From an uncultured bacterium (GTDB taxonomy: Bacteria > Patescibacteriota > JAHJAL01), in assembly GCA_938004065.1 (NCBI GenBank), contig CALKWM010000038.1:66466-130465 (forward strand): a DNA stretch of 64,000 nt, in the 5' to 3' direction. This document shows, piece by piece, positions 50,805 through 60,288 of the stretch (its first letter is position 1; each line of letters starts with the position of its first letter). The position numbers were made by a program, and so were the translations under genes. Below the pieces are notes generated by a model. It was given only the letters and a program-made list of their open reading frames with translations, was not told where the DNA came from and searched no databases.

Positions 50805-52076
50805 TTACAACCCATACTCACACTTATCGCCCAATTCTTCCTCAATTCGCATTAATTGATTGTATTTTTCCACTCGTTCACTGCGAGACAGCGAGCCGGT
50901 TTTGATGTATCCGGTACCGCAGGCCACTACCAAATCAGCGATAAAACTGTCACATGTTTCGCCGGAACGATGTGATACTATCGCCTTCCAGCCGGCTTTT
51001 TGCGCCATTTTGATGGCATCGACGGTTTCGGTTAATGATCCGATTTGGTTGAGTTTAATGAGAATAGCATTGGCACTTTTGGATTCAATCGCTTTTTGCA
51101 GGTATTCGACATTGGTAACGAGAAAATCATCGCCGACATTCATAACTTGCTCACCGATTGCCTCTTGCAGTTTGGGCCAATGATCCCAATCGTTTTGATC
51201 CAGTCCGTCTTCGATCGAGACAATGGGGAATTTATCAATCCAGTCTTGATATTCGGCTATTATTTCTTCCGTGGACAAGGCCTTTCCTTCTCTTTTCATG
51301 TCATAGATACCGCCGGAGTAAAATTCGCTAGCCGCCACGTCCAAGGCCAGACCGACATTTTTGCCCGGTTTGTAACCGGCTTTTTCGATGGCCTCCACTA
51401 AGATGTCCAAAGCCATTTTATTGGATGGCAGTGACGGCGCAAACCCGCCTTCATCGCCGACAGTAGTTGGGTATTTGTGATGGGAAATTATTTTCTTTAA
51501 AGAGTGAAATATTTCGGAGCCCATTTTTACTGCCTCACACATTGTTTTGGCACCATATGGAACAACCATATATTCTTGAATATCGGTTGAGTTTTCGGCA
51601 TGTTGACCGCCATTGATCAAATTCATCATCGGGACAGGCAAGATATAGTTATCAGTGGGATAATCAAATGTTTCCGCCAAATATTGATACAGGGGTTTGT
51701 TTTGGTCTTTGGCACTGGCTCGGGCTACGGCCATAGATACGGCGAGAATCGCATTGGCGCCGAGTTTTTCTTTGTTTTTGGTGCCGTCTAAAGCGATCAT
51801 GTTTTGGTCGATTAGTTTTTGATCGGAAGCATCCAGTCCTTTGAGTTTTTTTTGGATTTTGTCTTCGATGTTTTTGCAGGCTTGATGGACGCTTTTGCCG
51901 CTATACTCCTTGGCGTTATCACGTAGTTCCAGTGCTTCTCGCTCCCCGGTGGAAGCGCCGGATGGCACAGCGGCTCTTCCCAAAGTTCCGTTGTCCAATA
52001 TCACATCGGCTTCAACAGTGGGATTTCCGCGAGAGTCGAGGATCTGGCGGGATTTGATTTGTTTGATGGTGGTCAT
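50805..52076 (-). CDS. eno: Enolase (phosphopyruvate hydratase)
   Basis: ILDSRGNPTVE, VPSGASTGEREALELRD, GDEGGFAP, LIKLNQIGSLTET, VSHRSGET and KYNQLMRIEE motifs. Confidence 0.98.
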   Translation of the reverse strand: MTTIKQIKSRQILDSRGNPTVEADVILDNGTLGRAAVPSGASTGEREALELRDNAKEYSGKSVHQACKNIEDKIQKKLKGLDASDQKLIDQNMIALDGTKNKEKLGANAILAVSMAVARASAKDQNKPLYQYLAETFDYPTDNYILPVPMMNLINGGQHAENSTDIQEYMVVPYGAKTMCEAVKMGSEIFHSLKKIISHHKYPTTVGDEGGFAPSLPSNKMALDILVEAIEKAGYKPGKNVGLALDVAASEFYSGGIYDMKREGKALSTEEIIAEYQDWIDKFPIVSIEDGLDQNDWDHWPKLQEAIGEQVMNVGDDFLVTNVEYLQKAIESKSANAILIKLNQIGSLTETVDAIKMAQKAGWKAIVSHRSGETCDSFIADLVVACGTGYIKTGSLSRSERVEKYNQLMRIEEELGDKCEYGL

Positions 52077-52271
52077 GGTAGGTAAAGATTAAAAAAATAA
52101 TAAATTATAAATCCTAACGAACTGTAAATAAGATTGTGAAACTTTACAACTAATTACAAATTACTAACAACTAATTTATGAATAAAAGGGAAAAAGCGGG
52201 ATTGCAAACTATGATAATAATTACTTTTATATTATGAGAGTATTTTTGCCTGTTTTTAGTATTAATTTCAA

Positions 52272-53525
52272 TTATCTATGTGTATTATTTTGCATCAACC
52301 ATTTCCAGATAGGTTTTACATAAATTGTTTGGCGATTAATTTTTATCACATCATCATCATATCTGGTCAAAATCAGACCGGTTTTCAATTTGTAAGTATT
52401 CATAGCATCCAACAGTCCATTTATTTCTCTAGATTCATTTTTGCCATCAATTTTCTGTGTTACTTGAATTGCGGCAGTGATTGTATTTTTCTCTTTTATC
52501 ACAAAATCGCATTCATGTTTGTCTGAATGATAATATATTTCTTTGTTTCTTCTTTTTAATTCCAGAAATGTAATATTTTCCAATAATCGTCCGATGTTTT
52601 TGGAGAACGAAAAAGAAACCGCATTGATTAAACCGGTATCGATGCTGTAGATTTTTTTATTGTTGATAATTTGTTTTTTGACCGAATAATCATATTTACT
52701 TATTAGAAAATACAGATACGAACTTTCCAAGAATTCAAAATAGTTTTTAACAGTCGAAACACTTTGAAACTTCAAGATCTTGGCCAAGTTATTATAACTT
52801 ATCAAAGTCGAAGGATTGGATAAAATATACAAAGATAATTCGCGGAATGATTGGACATCCTTGATCTGATAACGGACAATAATATCTTTGATAAGTATAT
52901 CTTGATAAAGTTGTTTCAATTCATCACTATCACGACTTTGCACAACTTCCGGGAAACCTCCCAATAGTAAATACCGGTCAAATAACTTGTTTATTTGTGA
53001 TTTTTCTTTGGTGGTATAGATCTTTTTATTTTGAAAATCATGGTATTGCAAATACTCCAGCCAGCTAAATGGATATAATTCGATTTTTTGATGGCGACCG
53101 GTTAGCGATGTTGACAATTCAGAGGACAATAATTTCGCGCTACTGCCGGTTACAAAAACTTTATAACCATCACCATACAAACGACTGACAAATTTTTCCC
53201 ATCCGACAATGTTTTGGATTTCATCAAAGAAAAAAACAGAGTGATGATCATAAAGTGTAAAAAATATTTCCAAAAGGTTGTTAAAATCTTCAACTTGAAA
53301 ATCCAACAATCTTTCATCTTCAAAATTCAAATAGTAATATCCCGGGTAACGGTTTTTCAATTGCTTCAATAAGGTTGATTTACCGCATCGCCTGACACCA
53401 ACAATAGCGGTGATTTTGGAACTTTTGATAATTTTTTCAGAAACTTTTCTCTCGATAAACTGGTGTTTCTTTTCAAAACCGGATTTTTGGTCCACTACTA
53501 TTTCCTTGAGTTGGTTTTTATCCAT
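52272..53525 (-). CDS. AAA_14 ATPase with C-terminal DUF4143/PD-(D/E)xK-like domain
   Basis: Walker A GVRRCGKST, Walker B FFDEIQ, VTGSS, GGFPE, KIYSIDTG, LLEN, ECDFV. Confidence 0.9.
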   Translation of the reverse strand: MDKNQLKEIVVDQKSGFEKKHQFIERKVSEKIIKSSKITAIVGVRRCGKSTLLKQLKNRYPGYYYLNFEDERLLDFQVEDFNNLLEIFFTLYDHHSVFFFDEIQNIVGWEKFVSRLYGDGYKVFVTGSSAKLLSSELSTSLTGRHQKIELYPFSWLEYLQYHDFQNKKIYTTKEKSQINKLFDRYLLLGGFPEVVQSRDSDELKQLYQDILIKDIIVRYQIKDVQSFRELSLYILSNPSTLISYNNLAKILKFQSVSTVKNYFEFLESSYLYFLISKYDYSVKKQIINNKKIYSIDTGLINAVSFSFSKNIGRLLENITFLELKRRNKEIYYHSDKHECDFVIKEKNTITAAIQVTQKIDGKNESREINGLLDAMNTYKLKTGLILTRYDDDVIKINRQTIYVKPIWKWLMQNNTHR

Positions 53526-53562
53526 TTAGAATGTATATTAATAATATTATTTATACATTACT

Positions 53563-53591
53563 ATTGTATATTATTTGATACTACTTGGCAA
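53563..53591 (-). promoter_or_regulatory. Putative sigma70 promoter TTGCCA-17bp-TACAAT
   Basis: Minus-strand hexamers with 17-bp spacing, about 38 nt upstream of the ATG at 53525. Confidence 0.5.
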
Positions 53592-53779
53592 GAGTAGTCT
53601 TAGACTACAAGTTTTTTATACCAGACATGATCACCATAGTAACGAGATTGATTCAAATCATTCCCTGTGTAATTTTGGTTTCGGGTCGCTTTGCCCGTCA
53701 TCGATTGGCCAGTGTTCATAGGTTTCGAGCTGGTGAGGTGGTTGGTTTTCCAATGATGGGGGCATGGAATTTGAAAAAT

Positions 53780-54829
53780 TTAAAAATAATTATTGACCGC
53801 GAATTCAAATTGTTTGATGAACAGCTCCTTGAAATATCTTGCGCTATTTTGTTCATAAAACAAAATCATCGCTTTCTTGTATTCGACTTCATCAATTGTC
53901 CTAAGCGACATCGGACATAAGTCATTGGCCAGCATCATGGCATTACCTATCAACCTAGATGTTCTCTTGTTGCCATCTTCAAATGGTTGAGTATAGGCAA
54001 TAAATAAAATGGATAAGAATGCTTGCGAAAATGGATCTGATATTCGATTAATTTTTTTAATCATTCTAATGAGTGTTTCTTTGATCTGATACATGTTACT
54101 TAGCGGTTGATAATTGGTGCCGACGATTCTCACCAATTTTTGGCGCAAACCGGATTTGACATTTAGTTCTTTGGTCAGTAACTTGTGAATGTGTTCGATT
54201 AAGTTAAGTTTTAATTTTTTGAATTTTATCCGATTGGCTATAATGTATTCCAAAGCGTTTTTGTGATTGAGTATCATAATCGCCTCTTCCCTGGTGTGTC
54301 CGGTGGCTTCTTTTTTTTCTTTGATGAGAATTTCGGTATCGATTAATGTATATGTATTGCCCTCAATCCGGGATGATTTCCAACTTAGTTCAATCAACCA
54401 ACGCTCCAGTTCTTTTTGGTAAGCGGTCTTAGTCATGTTCTTTATCTTGCGTTGATAAACTTGGTTTAGTTTGGTTAAATGATATAATTCGTCTTTGCTA
54501 AAAACATTATCTATCCAATCCAAAACAGCAAAGTTAAAATGAATGACCTGATCCGACCTTTCGTCCTGTTCCTGAGAAAAGTAATCTTCTACCGGATAAT
54601 ACTTGAGCAAGGGATTGATTAATTTTTCAACATAAACCAGACTGCGGCCGGAACCTTGTTTCTGGATTAAATTATTTTGCAGCAATACTTCAATATCGCG
54701 GACAATGGTAACACGGGAAATCTCGCCAAATCTGGCTGCAATTTTAGGTTTTATCTCGCGATTGGATATATGACCGGATTGACGGATGAGATTCAAAATA
54801 TATATTTGTCTTTTAGTCAATTTGGTCAT
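53780..54829 (-). CDS. Fic-domain protein with N-terminal wHTH
   Basis: Fic motif variant QPFEDGNKRTSR; inhibitory-type SSRIEGN; N-terminal ISRVTIVRDIEVL HTH. Confidence 0.88.
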   Translation of the reverse strand: MTKLTKRQIYILNLIRQSGHISNREIKPKIAARFGEISRVTIVRDIEVLLQNNLIQKQGSGRSLVYVEKLINPLLKYYPVEDYFSQEQDERSDQVIHFNFAVLDWIDNVFSKDELYHLTKLNQVYQRKIKNMTKTAYQKELERWLIELSWKSSRIEGNTYTLIDTEILIKEKKEATGHTREEAIMILNHKNALEYIIANRIKFKKLKLNLIEHIHKLLTKELNVKSGLRQKLVRIVGTNYQPLSNMYQIKETLIRMIKKINRISDPFSQAFLSILFIAYTQPFEDGNKRTSRLIGNAMMLANDLCPMSLRTIDEVEYKKAMILFYEQNSARYFKELFIKQFEFAVNNYF

Positions 54830-54971
54830 TTTTTTATTGTTTCATGATATTATTCTAATTGTATCATTTTGTAACAATTAGTAAATACCCCTGAAGTAAA
54901 AAGATTAGGAGCAATCCATCTTAATTTCTGTCAATTTTACTACAGATAGGAGAAAAGTTAAAGGGAAAGGG

Positions 54972-55086
54972 AAAAAGAATAAAGAAAGCTTAAAGACCCC
55001 CGCCCAAGGCGGGTCTCCTCCAAAGGCGGACAAGCGCCTCGGGCGGAAAAGATTAAGATTTTGATACTCTCACCGCGGAACGGGAA
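54972..55086. repeat. 115-bp perfect direct repeat, copy 1 (last 34 nt of the DGR-target-like gene plus downstream GC hairpins)
   Basis: Identical to 57732-57846 (offset 2760); contains a CCCGCC-CAA-GGCGGG hairpin and a larger CCGCCCAAGGCG/CGCCTCGGGCGG inverted repeat. Confidence 0.95.
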
Positions 55087-56270
55087 CCAAAGTCGCCAAT
55101 CTGAAGGACGGGATCGTTCCTGCTCAAGTCGGCTCGCCGACCGCTCTGGTACCAGTAGGCATAGCCGACATTGCCGGACGCGGGAAACCAGGTGGCGAGC
55201 AAGTAACAACCTTTGCCGTGACCTTGGTAATCATCGATCACTTGATTGGTTTTGGTGAGGTGAGTGACAAAGCGAACAAGCCAGTCTTCGTGGGTGAGGC
55301 CGGATTCGTGTTGGTAAGGAGAATCGGGTAATTTGTCTTTGAAAGTTTGGAGATATTTATTTGGTTTTTGATTGGCAGTGAGTTGGGGACGATCACCGAT
55401 GGTTTGGCCTTGGCCTTTGGCCGGAATATTGATGTTGTCTTCGAAGAGCTTGAGTTCCCAACCCAGGCAGGGGTCGTTGGTTTGGATTTGTTGTTTGATA
55501 ATATCAGCTTTGGTTTGGCCGCCATGTTTTTGAGTCTCGGTTTCATCCTCTGTTTTGATGAATGCCTGGGGATAGTAAAAGATGGCATTGGGGTCGTAGT
55601 AGCCTGATTTATCATCTGCTCCCCAGACCCAGAGGGGTTGGGAAGTGTCAAGTGTGAGGGGGACGAGTGCTTCCGCGGGATCGGCGGGATCTTTTTTGGC
55701 GGTAAAGAGTTTTTTAGCTTCATGATGTTTCAAAATTTGTGTTTTGGCAATTTCAGCCAGATTGGGAATAGACATGGCGAAGGGAGTTAGTTGGAGGCGG
55801 GTGAAGCCCTGAGAAGTTTTGTAGTTGATCTTTTCTTTGTTTTCTTTGAGTCGTTGTTTGACAGCTTCAAAGGTGGGAAAGGGATATTCCCGAGGTTGAT
55901 CGGGATGATCAGGATCAAGGCCATTGATACCGAGTTGGCCGGTGCTTAATTTCTTTAGTATCCCGATTTTAGTGAAGATCTCTTTTTGTGATTCGTATTG
56001 TTCCTTGACCGAGGCGAGGGAGAGATGTTCAAAGGGCCAGAGATGATTCTCTAATTATACAGTTTCTCGCTCCAGTTTGGTTTTGACTTTCCAGGCGGAT
56101 TGCAAGAGAGGACGAACCGAGGGGTCGCTTAGGTCGGGTGAGAGGGTTTTAGCTTTATCGAGCAGATCGCACATGAGTTTTTGCGACTCTTTGATACGAT
56201 CCAGGTCGCGGGTGAGTGTTTCGCATGATGGTTTGGTGGTTGATGGGGGTTGTTTTAAATTTGAGGGCAT
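55053..56270 (-). pseudogene. DGR target-like (CLec-type C-terminus) protein of about 405 codons, interrupted by one in-frame TAA at 56055-56057
   Basis: ORFs 56055..56270 and 55053..55775 are in the same frame, and the 93 codons between them are open (LENHLWPFEH...EQYESQKEIF...GINGLD...EYPFPTFE...QGFTRLQLTPFA). C-terminus SGNVGYAYWYQSGRRADLSRNDPVLQIGDFGSRSAVRV. Confidence 0.75.
55068..55180 (-). other. Putative DGR variable region (VR)
   Basis: GC-rich 3' end; 27 of 34 codons from S(TCC) to S(TCC) end in C/T, and putative variable positions (TAT, TAC, TAC, AGC, GAC, AGC, CTT, ATT, GAC, TTT) are all derivable from AAY; ends G-x-R-S-A-V-R and is followed by hairpins. Confidence 0.65.
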
Positions 56271-56344
56271 AGGTAGTTATTATTAGCTTTTGAGTAATAC
56301 CAGAGGATGAATATAACTATATTAAGAAATCACAAAAGAGCAAC

Positions 56345-57478
56345 TTATTGAACATCCAAAAACTTTAAATAGTTTTTCGTATTGATTATTTGAATTTTTG
56401 CTTCCGGATACGTAACCTGGAATTCTCGGGAAAATTTCTTTTTATCTGGTGAATATTTGAATTCGTATGCATACAGATTGCCGTTTCTTTCCTCTATCCA
56501 GTCAACTTCTTGTTGGTCCCATGTACGCCAGAAATAGTTATTGCTAATTATTTGGGAATATTTTTGACATTTAATACGTTCGGTTACTAGAAAATTTTCC
56601 CATAGTTGACCTATATCGTTTCTAATTTCCAGAGGGTTGAAATTGGCAATTATTGCATTTCGAATTCCATTATCATAAAAATAATATTTGCTCTTTTTAG
56701 TAATCTCTTTGCGAAGGTTTTTTGAATACCCTCTCAGATTGTAAATAATAAATGACTTTTCCAAAAGATCCAGATATCGTTTGACTGTTTTATAATCCAG
56801 TCCTACTTGCCCACCCAATTCGGTCAGCGAAACTTCGTTACCAACTTGATATGCAATCAGACGAAGTAAATCAAGAAGTAATTTGGGTGACCTGACTTTG
56901 TCAAGTTCCAAGATATCTTTGAACAAGTAGGAGTTAGTGATTTCCTCCAGAGTACTGACTTTCTCACTATTGTCAGGCGCTGTGATGACAGCGGGATAAC
57001 TACCAAAGACAAGTATTTCATTGAGTTTTTGTTTTAGTTCAAAATGATTGTACAATCCAGCTAGCTCCATCTGGGAAACCGGATACATGATGAGGGTTTT
57101 TTTACGCCCGGTTAGTGGCTCTCCTACTTGTCCGGCCAATTCAAATGACGATGAGCCGGTGGCGATAATTTTGATATCGGGAATATTGTCCACCAATATC
57201 TTGAGACCAATGCCGATAGCGGGTATTCTTTGGGCTTCATCAATAACTATTAGATCGTATCCGGAGGCATATTCTTTGATTTTGGTAAAATCTTCGGAGT
57301 TAAGCACTTGTCTGGTAGAGATATTGTCACCAGAATCAAATTTGTGTTTTAAGTCTGTTTGAGAGAGAAAATCTTGCAACAGGGTTGTCTTGCCAACCTG
57401 CCTGGAGCCATATATGACTAAAACCTTGTTGGGAACAAGATAAGTGCTTAAGTCTTGGTATTTTCTTGGTATTTTCAT
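56345..57478 (-). CDS. AAA_14 ATPase with DUF4143 domain
   Basis: GSRQVGKTT, VIDEAQ, ATGSSS, LTGRK, FGSYP, KYYFYDNG, LWEN, QEVDWIE...YEFK. Confidence 0.9.
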   Translation of the reverse strand: MKIPRKYQDLSTYLVPNKVLVIYGSRQVGKTTLLQDFLSQTDLKHKFDSGDNISTRQVLNSEDFTKIKEYASGYDLIVIDEAQRIPAIGIGLKILVDNIPDIKIIATGSSSFELAGQVGEPLTGRKKTLIMYPVSQMELAGLYNHFELKQKLNEILVFGSYPAVITAPDNSEKVSTLEEITNSYLFKDILELDKVRSPKLLLDLLRLIAYQVGNEVSLTELGGQVGLDYKTVKRYLDLLEKSFIIYNLRGYSKNLRKEITKKSKYYFYDNGIRNAIIANFNPLEIRNDIGQLWENFLVTERIKCQKYSQIISNNYFWRTWDQQEVDWIEERNGNLYAYEFKYSPDKKKFSREFQVTYPEAKIQIINTKNYLKFLDVQ

Positions 57479-57484
57479 GTTTTT

Positions 57485-57514
57485 ATTATACTATATCATC
57501 CTCATTATTGTCAA
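57485..57514 (-). promoter_or_regulatory. Consensus sigma70 promoter TTGACA-18bp-TATAAT, probably leaderless
   Basis: TATAAT at 57490-57485 ends 7 nt before the ATG at 57478. Confidence 0.55.
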
Positions 57515-57731
57515 ATTTCGAGGAGTTTCACTACTACTAATATTGGTATTCTAATCATATGAACTATTCTATATTTACATTATGAGGCAGATTACTATTC
57601 ACCACATTCAGATATTTTTAATGTTTTCTGTAAATAATCTAAAAGAACTAAACCACGAAAAGTTCAAGGGAACCCGCTTACGTTCTAAAAAAACAAACTA
57701 CGGCAGGACAAGAAAGAAGAAAACCAAAGGA

Positions 57732-57846
57732 AAAAAGAATAAAGAAAGCTTAAAGACCCCCGCCCAAGGCGGGTCTCCTCCAAAGGCGGACAAGCGCCTC
57801 GGGCGGAAAAGATTAAGATTTTGATACTCTCACCGCGGAACGGGAA
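57732..57846. repeat. 115-bp perfect direct repeat, copy 2 (orphan target 3' tail plus hairpin)
   Basis: Identical to 54972-55086 but preceded (on the minus strand) by unrelated AT-rich sequence instead of a VR. Confidence 0.95.
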
Positions 57847-57911
57847 TTTGAACTATTGGTTATAGTTTGGAGATTTGAGTTTTGATTTTTTAGTTATTGA
57901 ACACCTGGATA

Positions 57912-58994
57912 TCAAGAATTGATAATTGTCTCCACCCATTCCCCCGTCTTGAGCATTCCCTTTAGCTCTTCGATAGCGGTAAATGGCACCGGGTCATGGC
58001 CCAGCAAGAAAGCCAGATAGACGCTGACGTAATCACCTAAAATCACGCCTTTGCAGATACCGCCGGTATAATTGTCATTATCGATTTCGTAGATACTGAT
58101 ATCAAATCCTTGTTTTGAAAATGTTTCCCGGATAATATCGGATCGTTTAAAATTGCGGGGATGATATAAATTGCTTTTGAGGATTAGGATATTGATCGTT
58201 TTTTTTAATTCCGTCGAGCATTCCAAACCTTGTTGAGCGTTATGGTTAAGCTCGGGGATTTCTTCGAAATATGAAGGAATTTTGGTATTTTCGTTGAATT
58301 CCCCTTTCCACCGCCTGGCAACCACAGATAAATGTTCGGCGCCAAATACGACGGGGATGGAGTTGACTAAACCGGAGGCGATGTGCTTGGCAAGATTATT
58401 GTCATGATTTAATTCTTCATGGTATAGATTAACGGCCTGATTCATAACATCGATAGCTTCGAGCAGATTAATATCAGATGAATTTAAAACTCCTTGTTTG
58501 ATCAACAATTCCAAAACTACAAAGAACGAGTGTCCCCAGGCGGTACGAGGGGGCATATTGGGTGGCAAAATAAAATATTGATCGTTATTTTCTTTGGCCA
58601 ATTCAATCAACTTGCCACCGGAGCCGAGACAAAATATTTGCGCTCCTTTGGTGCGAGCTTGAACGTAACCGGAAAGGGTTTCTTCGGTATTGCCGGAATA
58701 GCTAATGACGATGGCGAGAGTTTTTTCGTCCACCCAGTTGGGTAGATTGTAATCGCGGACGATTTGAATTGGTAGTTGTGAGTATTTTTCAATTAAGAAT
58801 TTGGCCATGTCAGCACCGATGGCCGATCCGCCCATGGCACAAACGATTATTTTGTCGAAATTCATTGATTGTGATTCTTGGGCTGTGAATTGTTCCCAAA
58901 CTTTTTGGATTTGATTGGGGGTATCTTTGAGAATTGGCAAATACCCCGATGGATCAGCTTTTTTAATCTCTTCGATGTTGTTTAGGTCGAGCAT
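57912..58994 (-). CDS. Bifunctional phosphoglucose/phosphomannose isomerase (SIS domains)
   Basis: CAMGGSAIGAD, SYSGNTEET, SGGKL, PRTA, RWKGEFNENTK, PELNHN motifs; start placed at MLDLNN (58994). Confidence 0.9.
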   Translation of the reverse strand: MLDLNNIEEIKKADPSGYLPILKDTPNQIQKVWEQFTAQESQSMNFDKIIVCAMGGSAIGADMAKFLIEKYSQLPIQIVRDYNLPNWVDEKTLAIVISYSGNTEETLSGYVQARTKGAQIFCLGSGGKLIELAKENNDQYFILPPNMPPRTAWGHSFFVVLELLIKQGVLNSSDINLLEAIDVMNQAVNLYHEELNHDNNLAKHIASGLVNSIPVVFGAEHLSVVARRWKGEFNENTKIPSYFEEIPELNHNAQQGLECSTELKKTINILILKSNLYHPRNFKRSDIIRETFSKQGFDISIYEIDNDNYTGGICKGVILGDYVSVYLAFLLGHDPVPFTAIEELKGMLKTGEWVETIINS

Positions 58995-59082
58995 AGGTCT
59001 AAAAAATTTAATAATAAATAAATTGATTGTTTTTATTGCTTGCACAAAAGACGAATAATATTCAGTAAGAAAAGGTTAAATT

Positions 59083-59217
59083 ATGAGTAGTGCTAAATAA
59101 AAATAAAAAATATGGTATGGATCCCCGATATCGAATCGCCCGCCTCCACCGATTCGGCGGATCGGCGGACTTTCGATTCGAGGATGACAGATAAGAAAAT
59201 TAATTAGCACTACTCAT
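59083..59217. mobile_element. MITE-like segment with 14-bp perfect terminal inverted repeats enclosing a REP copy
   Basis: ATGAGTAGTGCTAA (59083-59096) and TTAGCACTACTCAT (59204-59217); no transposase in the window. Confidence 0.4.
59119..59189 (-). repeat. TGTCATCC-headed REP-like palindrome (copy 3) with nested GC hairpin
   Basis: GGATCCCCGATATCGAATCG-[CCCGCCTCCACCGATTCGGCGGATCGGC]-GGACTTTCGATTCGAGGATGACA; arms match the copy at 32265. Confidence 0.75.
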
Positions 59218-59421
59218 TAAATTTTTAAATTGTGAAAATAAATTTTGCAATGCGACCATTTGGCCATCTAATAATTTATGTACCGCCTCTACTGCTAGGT
59301 CATATTCTTATCTAAAAAAATGGGATAATTTATCTAACTTTTTCATTCCTCCTTTATTTTATCGCGTACAAAAAATATAATAAAGTAAGTGTGATTTATT
59401 ACAAATTTTTAGAACAGATTT

Positions 59422-60186
59422 ATGGTCCATAAACTAAAACTATCGCTCTGGTTAATACCGGTATTGTTTTTTACGGGATGCATCAACAATCAGGTCAATC
59501 CGAATATCGCTCAAATTGATCAACAAGCATTAACATTGCGAAATCATATTTACGAGATTAGCGGTGATGATGGTTATTATCAGAACGAAAATATTGACTT
59601 TGCGTTGATTAAAAGGGTCAAAGATAGTGTCGGAGAAAATTTAAAAAACATTTTGGTAGCGTATAACGATCAAAAGTTGGAATATGATATTTATCAAGAG
59701 GGATTGGATAAATCCATCAGTTTGATGTATTTTTGTTGGATAGAACAAGCCGATGCAGCGAGGAGAAATAACGATTTGGAAAATTTAAATTTTATCCGGG
59801 AAGAAGAGTCGGATTTTTCGAGACAAGAAGCAATCCAAAAATGGATCGATGAAAATGAAAAGGGGGAATACTATGAAAAAATTGAGAATTATTTTTCGTT
59901 GGTTCCGGAGTTAATATCCAAGGGAAGCGAAATCGATGCAAACAACCAAAAACTGAATGAATTGAAAACGCAAGCGGAAGGTTTGCAGGTTGATGGCAAC
60001 ATAGTGGAATACAATCTGGTGGCCGATGAATACAATGCTTTGCTGGAACAAAACAATCAAATGATAGATGAATACAATACCCAGTTGGAAGAGATTGATT
60101 ACGAAAATGTATTTAATAATTTTATGAAATTCATCGACGTATCTTACATTTTTCCCGGACAAGACACAATTCCGTTAGCAAAGTAA
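59422..60186 (+). CDS. Hypothetical lipoprotein, helical/coiled-coil
   Basis: Lipobox-like LFFTGC after a hydrophobic segment; heptad-rich acidic C-terminus. Confidence 0.7.
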   Translation: MVHKLKLSLWLIPVLFFTGCINNQVNPNIAQIDQQALTLRNHIYEISGDDGYYQNENIDFALIKRVKDSVGENLKNILVAYNDQKLEYDIYQEGLDKSISLMYFCWIEQADAARRNNDLENLNFIREEESDFSRQEAIQKWIDENEKGEYYEKIENYFSLVPELISKGSEIDANNQKLNELKTQAEGLQVDGNIVEYNLVADEYNALLEQNNQMIDEYNTQLEEIDYENVFNNFMKFIDVSYIFPGQDTIPLAK

Positions 60187-60288
60187 AATTGATACAATAT
60201 TAACTTGAAAAAAATATAAGCAAATCTTGTGTTTAACGCGATAAAAATTAATTTGCATTTACCAAATAAAAATAACCTAATTTATACT

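Noticed and set aside
54891-54945. CTGAAGTAAAA/TTTTACTACAG imperfect inverted repeat upstream of the Fic gene
   Set aside because: Short, AT-rich and mismatched; could be an operator but is not distinguishable from chance.
56055-56057. Alternative genetic code (code 25) readthrough
   Set aside because: The interrupting codon is TAA, not TGA; TAA ends most genes here and TGA terminates PGI/PMI.
57582-57824. Basic 80-aa ORF (and the 83-aa ORF at 54958-55209)
   Set aside because: They run through the 115-bp repeat and A-rich tract; low complexity and no family motif.
57732-57911. Second repeat copy as the DGR template region (TR)
   Set aside because: Beyond the shared 115 bp it does not match the VR at non-adenine positions, and it retains the same tail and hairpin as the VR; no RT is nearby.
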